Source of the DNA: Oligoflexia bacterium
GTDB lineage: Bacteria > Bdellovibrionota > Bacteriovoracia > Bacteriovoracales > Bacteriovoracaceae
Assembly (NCBI GenBank): GCA_015232015.1
Contig: JADGAM010000002.1
Span: 85-64,084, forward strand
Direction of reading: 5' to 3'
Length of the DNA: 64,000 bases
Shown: positions 45,914 to 53,548 of the stretch, piece by piece
How the letters are laid out: every line of letters starts with the position of its first letter
How positions within the stretch are numbered: the stretch's first letter is position 1
Program-made: the position numbers and the translations under genes
The notes under the pieces: model-generated
What the model saw: only the letters and a program-made list of their open reading frames with translations
What the model was told of the DNA's origin: nothing
Databases searched by the model: none

Positions 45914-46789
45914 ATGACAACAAAATGGTTTTATGTCGAAAATAGTAATAAAGTAGGTCCAATCGAAGAATCTAAGTTCATTGAATTAATAAATAATGAC
46001 ATCATTGTTCAAGAAACATACGTCTGGAAAAAAGGATATGCCAATTGGATTAAGGCAAAGGAAATATTAGAACTATCAAAACTTATACAAGTAAGACAAG
46101 AACAAAAAAATGGTATATCTGGCATTTTATCTAGAGATAACAATGACAATAATGTTAGTAGTGTTAATAGTGTGGATAGTGTGGATAGTGTGGATAGTGT
46201 GGATGAAAAAACGATTAACAAAAACAACCATGAAAATAAATTTAATTGGAGTAACATCGATAAAGACGAAAAAATTTTCTATATCAAACAAAATTCAAAC
46301 GATACTATTTATGGTCCATTTTCATTAACTATGATTAAAAAATTATACGACCAAAATAGAGTTAATGGTAAATCAAATATTTTCACTCCAAAATTAAAAG
46401 AATGGATATTTTTTGCAGAAATACCAATTTTTGAAGAGTTGTTCATGGAAATGCCACCTATAATCGAAGTTGAAGAGAAAGAAAGAAGAAAAAATCAACG
46501 AAGACCATTTATGGCAAAAATGTTTTTTCATGACAATAAGAAATTATATGAAGGAATATGTAGAGATATCTCAATAGGTGGTATGCAAGTATTAATATCA
46601 GATTTTCCTGCAAATAAAGGTGATGATCTCTCGTTAAACGTACATCCTGATAATAACGAGTATCATTTTGTAGCAAAAGGTAAGGTAGCGCGAATTTTAA
46701 ATGGAAATCAAGGTATTTTTATTTTGTTTACAGAATTGTCTACTGATGCTCAAAATGCCATCCATAATTACGTCAAGCAATTCAGTTAG
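45914..46789 (+). CDS. GYF_2-GYF_2-PilZ protein (putative c-di-GMP receptor)
   Basis: There are two GYF_2-like modules: WFYVENSNKVGPIEESKFIELI..VWKKGYANWIKAKEI and IFYIKQNSNDTIYGPFSLTMIKKLY..PKLKEWIFFAEIP. The C-terminal PilZ motifs are RKNQRRP and DISIGG. Confidence 0.7.
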   Translation: MTTKWFYVENSNKVGPIEESKFIELINNDIIVQETYVWKKGYANWIKAKEILELSKLIQVRQEQKNGISGILSRDNNDNNVSSVNSVDSVDSVDSVDEKTINKNNHENKFNWSNIDKDEKIFYIKQNSNDTIYGPFSLTMIKKLYDQNRVNGKSNIFTPKLKEWIFFAEIPIFEELFMEMPPIIEVEEKERRKNQRRPFMAKMFFHDNKKLYEGICRDISIGGMQVLISDFPANKGDDLSLNVHPDNNEYHFVAKGKVARILNGNQGIFILFTELSTDAQNAIHNYVKQFS

Positions 46790-46910
46790 AAATATATTTT
46801 ATTTAACTAAAATTCCATAATTTACTTATTTTAAAAATATATTTTATCATAATTATTTTTCAGAAAAATTTCTTATCTTCCGACAGGATTTTAGGAATGA
46901 GAGGAAACTT

Positions 46911-49130
46911 ATGGCAAAAGAAGAAGATAAAGATAAAGTTGTAAAACCAACTCGTTTTGGTCGGTATTTAATCCTAGATCACCTTGTTGATGGAGGGATG
47001 GGAAAAATTTGCCGTGCTAGATTTTTAGGAGAACAGGCGGAAAAAATTGTGGCCATAAAAATGATTAGACCACAATATTCATCAGACCCTAGTTTTAAAA
47101 AAATGTTCATGGATGAAATTAAAGTAGCATTTGCTCTAATTCATCCTAATATAACTCAAACTTATGATTATGGAATTCAAAACGGTCAACTTTATACTTC
47201 AATGGAGTATAATGATGGTAAAACTTTAAAACAGGTTTTAGATCGATTAAAAGAAAAAAAAGTTGTATTTCCTGTTGAAATTTGTATCTATATCATCTCA
47301 CAAATTTGCCAAGGACTCTCATACGCTCATAATTTCACAGATAAACTATCTGGTAAAAAACAAAATATCATTCATCGAGATATATCTCCTCACAATGTAA
47401 TGATCACTTTTGATGGAGGTGTAAAAATCATCGATTTTGGTATTGCAAAAGCAAATACTAATAGTGAAGAAACTCAGGCAGGAACTATTAAAGGAAAACT
47501 TTCTTATTTAGCACCAGAATATCTTGAAGGTATGGAGCTTGATCATCGTTATGATCAGTTTGCAGTAGGAATTACCTTGTGGGAATTACTTTGTTCAAGA
47601 AAAATGTTTCATGCTGAAAATGAGCTGGCCATACTTAAAAAAATTCAAGCATGTAAAATACTTGCACCTTCTTCAATAAACCCCAATGTACTAAAAGAGT
47701 TAGACGCAATTGTTTTAAAATCACTATCTAAACAACGCGAAGATCGTTATGAAAACATGGATCAATTTAATCGTGCTTTAGTAAAATTTTTATATTCAAC
47801 TTATCCTGATTTCAATGCCACTGACTTAGGCTATTTCTCAAAAGAACTATTTAGAGATGACATAAAAAAAGATCAAGAAAAATTGGTTGAATTTGGAAAA
47901 ATTGATGTTACTCCTTTCTTGCAAGAATTAAAGCGAGAAATGGAAGGAAAGGGTTCTATAAATAGCGACAAAGACGATGGTAATAAAGAAAGTAAAGAAA
48001 TCAAAACTCCTGAACATAAATCAGATACAACAAGAAGAATAGTTTTAGATTTTGATGATGAGACAAATAATAATAGCACTTCTTCCAATTTACTTCTTGG
48101 TAATAAACCACTTGCGAATAATGCTGCTATCAAAAAAAATATGTTGAATGCTAATCAAAAGGCATCAGCGTTAAAAATCAAAAATACAAATACCTCAGAT
48201 GCTAAAACAAACCATCATCATAATAATAATCTTTCCTCAACATCAGAAAACAACTCTAATGAAAATGTTAAAAAAACAGGAGTATCTTCAGGAGCAAGTT
48301 TATCTAAAATTCCAAGTAAAGCTACGGCCTTTGCTAAAAGTAAAAATGTTGTTCCTGTGAAAACTAAAAATAATGAAAATACTACTGAATCTAATGAAAA
48401 GACAAACCAAAAAGAAGAAAATGAAAATGCTGGTGATAAGAAAAAACAAATTAAAATGATAGCTGTCGCTTCTGTTTTTATTTTAATATTAATCGGTGGT
48501 ACTTTTTCCTATCTTAAAAATTCAAATAAAACATCAGATACTTCCATTGCAAGTAATGATCCTGTTAATAATACAAAGAATAAAAATTTTAATAATAATA
48601 AAAATAATAATAAAAATCCAAAAGAAATTTCTAGAGACATCTCTTCCATAGATGGGTCTTCTTCTAAATCAACAACATCCATATCTGAAACTCAAAAGAA
48701 AAAAGTAAAAAGAATTACTTTTAATAATTTTAATTCATATCAAAAATTCTTTGTTAACAATCAAGAGGTTGAATATAATATCTCAGGCATTGAACTTCCA
48801 ATCAAAACCAACATAGCTTTAAGAGTAGAGCAAGAGGGGATGAAACCTATTTTCTTAGATTTTCAACTTGCAGAAGATGATGCTAATACTATGAATTTAC
48901 CTGAGCCAAAATCTGGTATTTTGGGAATTTTGGAATTGTCGGGAGATTTTACTGCTGGCTCAACTCTGTCCTTTGAAGTAGATGGTCACACAATCATCTA
49001 TCAAATACCCTTTCCTGGTAAAAAAATTCCAATTGGTAAGTATGAAGGAACAATTACAAACAAAAATGCAAATATCAGTAAGAAAGTTCCTTTTGAAATC
49101 AAAGAAGATATGGTTACAAAGTTATATTAA
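46911..49130 (+). CDS. Transmembrane Ser/Thr protein kinase (Hanks type)
   Basis: Reads ..VAIKMI.., HRDISPHNVMI, DFGIAKA and LAPEY. A long low-complexity linker and one TM (MIAVASVFILILIGGTFSYL) follow. The extracytoplasmic C-terminal domain is ~200 aa. Confidence 0.9.
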   Translation: MAKEEDKDKVVKPTRFGRYLILDHLVDGGMGKICRARFLGEQAEKIVAIKMIRPQYSSDPSFKKMFMDEIKVAFALIHPNITQTYDYGIQNGQLYTSMEYNDGKTLKQVLDRLKEKKVVFPVEICIYIISQICQGLSYAHNFTDKLSGKKQNIIHRDISPHNVMITFDGGVKIIDFGIAKANTNSEETQAGTIKGKLSYLAPEYLEGMELDHRYDQFAVGITLWELLCSRKMFHAENELAILKKIQACKILAPSSINPNVLKELDAIVLKSLSKQREDRYENMDQFNRALVKFLYSTYPDFNATDLGYFSKELFRDDIKKDQEKLVEFGKIDVTPFLQELKREMEGKGSINSDKDDGNKESKEIKTPEHKSDTTRRIVLDFDDETNNNSTSSNLLLGNKPLANNAAIKKNMLNANQKASALKIKNTNTSDAKTNHHHNNNLSSTSENNSNENVKKTGVSSGASLSKIPSKATAFAKSKNVVPVKTKNNENTTESNEKTNQKEENENAGDKKKQIKMIAVASVFILILIGGTFSYLKNSNKTSDTSIASNDPVNNTKNKNFNNNKNNNKNPKEISRDISSIDGSSSKSTTSISETQKKKVKRITFNNFNSYQKFFVNNQEVEYNISGIELPIKTNIALRVEQEGMKPIFLDFQLAEDDANTMNLPEPKSGILGILELSGDFTAGSTLSFEVDGHTIIYQIPFPGKKIPIGKYEGTITNKNANISKKVPFEIKEDMVTKLY

Positions 49131-49132
49131 AA

Positions 49133-50185
49133 TTATACAAAGGCATTTTTTATTACAATTTTGATTTTTTCTATATCTTCACTATCCAAAGGATTACATG
49201 TCATCTTATCTTTTACTTTTTTAAACCAAGTTCGTTGCGCTTTTGCTAGATGCCTAGTTGAAAGAAATATTTTTTCAATACACTCATCTTTGGATTTTAT
49301 TTCTCCTCTTAAAAAAGCTACCATCTCTTTATATCCTACTGATTTCAGCGGTTTTTCTTCACCAGTGAAATCATTATCATTTGTACTATCCTTAACATTA
49401 TTAGAATTATTTAATAATAACTTTACCTCTTCTTCAAATCCATTATCCATCATCAAATATATTCTTTTTCTAATAATTTTATCATGCTCTTCTTTAGGAA
49501 CATCTAAATGAATATGAATTATTTTTCCAAATCTACTATTCCTACTTTCTCCATTTCCATTACTCTCAATTTCAGCAGGTAATACGCTTTCAAATTTTTT
49601 CTTTTCACTTGAAAATTTGAAATTTGTAGTCCAATAGTGTTCAATTGCTCTTCTAATTCTGTAATGATCATTGAAATGTAGAGTATTATAGCTCTCTACG
49701 TCTACTCTCTTAAGTAAATCCCAAAATGGTTTAATGCCATGTTTGGCAAATAATTTATTTGAACGGTTAATTATTTTTTCTGGAGTAGTAGGAGAATCAT
49801 ACATTCCACTTATTAAAGCACGTAAATAAAAACCACTTCCTCCAATTAATATTGGAATAATATTAATTTTTTGTAACTTACAAATTGTTTCTTCTGCTAT
49901 TTTTACAAAATCATGAGCATTCATCGGTTCTCTTATACTTCGAATGCTCATCAAGTGATGTATAATTCCCTCTTTTTCTCTCTCTGTGGGTTTAGCAGTG
50001 CCAATGCTCAATTCTTTATAAAAAAGAAGTGAATCAAAATTAATTATGTTCACGTCACATTTCAAATCATTCTTTAAATGCTTTGCTAACATAATGCCGA
50101 TTTTAGTCTTATAGGTAGCAGTAGGACCAGATATAACAATAATTTTATTTTTATTTAAACTTATATTTTTATTTTGCAAATTCAT
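49133..50185 (-). CDS. miaA: tRNA dimethylallyltransferase
   Basis: Reads ..VISGPTATYKTKIGIMLAK..NFDSLLFYKELSIGTAKPT..PILIGGSGFYLRAL... The Walker A reads GPTATYKT (Tyr where GPTASGKT has Gly). Confidence 0.85.
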   Translation of the reverse strand: MNLQNKNISLNKNKIIVISGPTATYKTKIGIMLAKHLKNDLKCDVNIINFDSLLFYKELSIGTAKPTEREKEGIIHHLMSIRSIREPMNAHDFVKIAEETICKLQKINIIPILIGGSGFYLRALISGMYDSPTTPEKIINRSNKLFAKHGIKPFWDLLKRVDVESYNTLHFNDHYRIRRAIEHYWTTNFKFSSEKKKFESVLPAEIESNGNGESRNSRFGKIIHIHLDVPKEEHDKIIRKRIYLMMDNGFEEEVKLLLNNSNNVKDSTNDNDFTGEEKPLKSVGYKEMVAFLRGEIKSKDECIEKIFLSTRHLAKAQRTWFKKVKDKMTCNPLDSEDIEKIKIVIKNAFV

Positions 50186-52257
50186 TTACAATAATGATCT
50201 CCTATGAATCTATCTAAAGAAATCATTATTTCAAAATCAATAAGCTTTTTCTCTCCAATTTTAGCAATCATGAGGTTAATACATTTAACATTTCCTCTAT
50301 CCAACTTATGCAAATATCTTTTATTTATATCAAATGTATTTGTATCAAATATTTTTTTATTTTTTTTACTATTTCCCTCCCAATGCTCACTGATTGTTTT
50401 TTTTATTATACAATAGTTAACTTCTATATTTTTTATATCTTTTTCTAAGTCAAACAAATCCTTAAGTGAATAAATCAAATTTTCTAATATTTTTGTATAA
50501 TCAATTTGATTTAAAAATTTAGGAATACTTCTTAAAACAACAACAGCATCGCTTAAGCGGTCAAAATCGAAACCTAACAATTCATACAGTTTAAAATATT
50601 CATCGAACTTTTTTTCTGTAATAGTAAATGGCATACTAACTAATAATGGAGTTATTTCTTTTTCATCCAAGGAGTCTTTGTCCTCTAAATTCGAAATAAA
50701 ATAAAACAATATCAGTTTGTGTAAATTCAAAATATTAAATGATTGAATTATTAATTCAGAGGATGACGATGACGGCGATGATATAGAAAAATCATATTCA
50801 TGTTTTAGTAAAAAAAGGATATGGTCAGATATATAATAGTACGATGTTTCATTTTTTTTATTATTATTTAATTCATCTTTATCATGCTCTTTTAAAATAG
50901 GATCCCTGGGTATATTTACATTTTCTATATCATTATCTGATTTTTTTTCATCTGATATTTTTTCTATAATACTTGTTTTTGGAAAAGATATTTTTTTAAG
51001 TGCCTCTGACACTAAAGAATAAACCATCGAAGCATAAAGAAATTTTACAAAAGTTTTATTTGGATGTACATTTACGTCTAAATGGTCTGCAGGTACATGC
51101 AAGAAAATAAAGTGAGCACATATTCTCATATCTTTATTTCCTTGTTGTTGAGGTAATTGTTGGGTTCTTTCTTTATTTATCTTTTCTAAAAAATAATTGA
51201 TTCTTTGATGAATATTTTTGTCACTTATCAACCTTCTATTAACAAATAAATATTGTTCTTTAAACGCACAATTGTCTTTTTGAGATAAAGAACTAACCTC
51301 GTCAACAATAACTCCATTTAAGTAATAACCTTCATACTCAAGATCTAAAGTATGAAAAATAGTTCCACAATTTTGTTGAAGATCTACTTTTCCTCTTCGT
51401 TCTTGCATCCACAATTGCTTCACTCTTAACAAAATTTCATTTTTTTCATCTATTTTATAATCATTCACTTGTTCATATTTAATTTTATCTTTGTTGTCCC
51501 ATTTAATTTCAAATTTCACTTTAGGATTGGATAAAATAAATGCATTTAAAATTTTTTTAATAGCAATTTTTTCAGAAATTTTTGATCTAATAAATTTAAG
51601 TCTTGCAGGAGTATTATAAAAAAGATCAGATATATATATTAACGTTCCACTTTTCTTTTTATTACTTAAAAAAGTTTCATTTTCGTATTCATTCTCACAC
51701 TCTCTCTCGTTCGTACAAATAATCTGTTGATAATCTATAATCTCTCCACCTTCAACAACAATTTTACCTCCCATACTCGAGTCCTTTGGATAAGATATCA
51801 TTGTGATCCTTGATACAGCAGCAATACTTGCTAATGCCTCCCCTCTAAATCCAAAGCTAGTTAATTTATATAAATCATCAAATGAAGAAATTTTTGAAGT
51901 AGTATGCCGAGAAAATGCTAAAGGCAGATCTTCATATAAAATACCGATACCATCATCTGCAATCTCGATAAAATCAAGCCCATTGTTAGCAATGTGAATT
52001 TTTATTTCATTAGATTTTGCATCTAATGAATTTTCAATTATCTCTTTAATTAAACTTGCAGGTCTTTCAATAACTTCTCCTGCCTTAATTTGATTTATCA
52101 AAAAATTAGGAAGTAATTCAATTCTGGATCTCAAAGAATCACCAGAAGAATCAGCAAAAGAATTATGAGATAAATCTAAAAGAATATCACTTTTTTGTTG
52201 ATTGATTAGTTGAGCTTGTTGAATTTGCTGTGTTTGCTGTATTTGTTGTTGTTGCAT
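50182..52257 (-). CDS. mutL: DNA mismatch repair protein MutL (start uncertain; Q-rich leader)
   Basis: Reads ..IELLPNFLINQIKAGEVIERPASLIKEIIENSLDA.. and ..GFRGEALASI... The only canonical start in frame is ATG 52257. That start gives MQQQQIQQTQQIQQAQ.. and a 71-nt overlap with the upstream gene. Confidence 0.85.
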   Translation of the reverse strand: MQQQQIQQTQQIQQAQLINQQKSDILLDLSHNSFADSSGDSLRSRIELLPNFLINQIKAGEVIERPASLIKEIIENSLDAKSNEIKIHIANNGLDFIEIADDGIGILYEDLPLAFSRHTTSKISSFDDLYKLTSFGFRGEALASIAAVSRITMISYPKDSSMGGKIVVEGGEIIDYQQIICTNERECENEYENETFLSNKKKSGTLIYISDLFYNTPARLKFIRSKISEKIAIKKILNAFILSNPKVKFEIKWDNKDKIKYEQVNDYKIDEKNEILLRVKQLWMQERRGKVDLQQNCGTIFHTLDLEYEGYYLNGVIVDEVSSLSQKDNCAFKEQYLFVNRRLISDKNIHQRINYFLEKINKERTQQLPQQQGNKDMRICAHFIFLHVPADHLDVNVHPNKTFVKFLYASMVYSLVSEALKKISFPKTSIIEKISDEKKSDNDIENVNIPRDPILKEHDKDELNNNKKNETSYYYISDHILFLLKHEYDFSISSPSSSSSELIIQSFNILNLHKLILFYFISNLEDKDSLDEKEITPLLVSMPFTITEKKFDEYFKLYELLGFDFDRLSDAVVVLRSIPKFLNQIDYTKILENLIYSLKDLFDLEKDIKNIEVNYCIIKKTISEHWEGNSKKNKKIFDTNTFDINKRYLHKLDRGNVKCINLMIAKIGEKKLIDFEIMISLDRFIGDHYCK

Positions 52258-53176
52258 CTTCTTTATAAAAATTTACTTGGTTTCGCCCACCATTCTTAGA
52301 TTTGTATAAGGCCATGTCAACTCTTTTAAATAGATCAGTTCCAGTATTTACACCATGACGATAATCAGCAACCCCCAAGGAAGCAGTCACTGGCAATTTT
52401 TTATCTCCATACATGAACTCATGAGCAGCAACTGCTGCCCTGACTCTTTCAGCAATTTGAAAACCATTTTTAAGATTTGTATTAGGTAAAAGAATACAAA
52501 ACTCTTCTCCACCATAACGAGCAAAAATATCACCTTCTCTGATATTCGAATTTCTAACTAACTCACAAATCTCTTTTAACACAAAATCTCCTGCATCGTG
52601 CCCATAGTTATCATTTAATTTTTTAAAATGATCTAAGTCAAATAAAATTAAAGTAAGAGGCGAGCCAGTCACTTTTGATTTTTTTACCAAAGTATCACAA
52701 GTCTGATTAAAATATGCTTTATTATAACATTTAGTCAGACCATCAGTTACTGCCTCCTTTTTAATCTTATCATAAGTAAGTCTCTCAGGATCACCTGGCG
52801 GAATGTATTTTAAGGCCACAGACCCAAATTTTACTACATCACCTTTTTTTAATTGTACTGGTCCCTCAATTTTAGTGTTATTCAAAAAACTACCATTTCT
52901 CGAACCTAAATCCTCGATAGTAACAGAGACTGTTGATTCAGAAATTGCTTGAGTTGTGACTTGCAAGTGTTTCCTAGATATTCCTTGAAAATCAAGCGCA
53001 AAAGTATTCTCTGCACTACGGCCAAAGGTAATTACTCCTGGTTTTAGATCAAAAATCGTACCATTAAGATCACCTCCTATGGCCAAAAGACATGCAGGTT
53101 TTGTTTTTGCTTCTTCTTCTGTAGATTGTAATGCTGCCCTTATATCTGTTAAGACAACTGTTGAATCGTCACCCAT
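52187..53176 (-). CDS. FHA-domain diguanylate cyclase (FHA-GGDEF, I-site present)
   Basis: FHA: ..ITFGRSAENTFALDFQGISRKHLQV..GSRNGSFLNN... GGDEF: DGLT..LFDLDHFKKLNDNYGHDAGD..REGDIFARYGGEEFCILL. The RxxD lies 5 residues before GGEEF. Confidence 0.85.
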   Translation of the reverse strand: MGDDSTVVLTDIRAALQSTEEEAKTKPACLLAIGGDLNGTIFDLKPGVITFGRSAENTFALDFQGISRKHLQVTTQAISESTVSVTIEDLGSRNGSFLNNTKIEGPVQLKKGDVVKFGSVALKYIPPGDPERLTYDKIKKEAVTDGLTKCYNKAYFNQTCDTLVKKSKVTGSPLTLILFDLDHFKKLNDNYGHDAGDFVLKEICELVRNSNIREGDIFARYGGEEFCILLPNTNLKNGFQIAERVRAAVAAHEFMYGDKKLPVTASLGVADYRHGVNTGTDLFKRVDMALYKSKNGGRNQVNFYKEDATTTNTANTANSTSSTNQSTKK

Positions 53177-53548
53177 GAAAACTCCCTTTATTAATTATAG
53201 AAAACTTAAGAATTTTAAAATAAAAAAAATAAAAAAATTAAAAAAATTAAAAAAATTTTCTATTTATAAGTCTCTTCCATAAAATTATCATATAACTATT
53301 ATCTCAGTAATTATCGGGGTTTCAAAAGACGTAAATTTTTCCTGGTTCTTTTCTTACCTAATTATCTTTGCTTTAAAGGCCTGACTCAAAATACCTGAGT
53401 TAAAAACAATGAAGTAATCTATTTATAAATCAAATTATCAATTTTATTTTTGAGATTTGCCATAATATTTCTTTCATAGATATAATGTACATATAGAATT
53501 TAAATGTTGTTACTTAAATCTTTAACAAATTATACATCATGATAAAAT

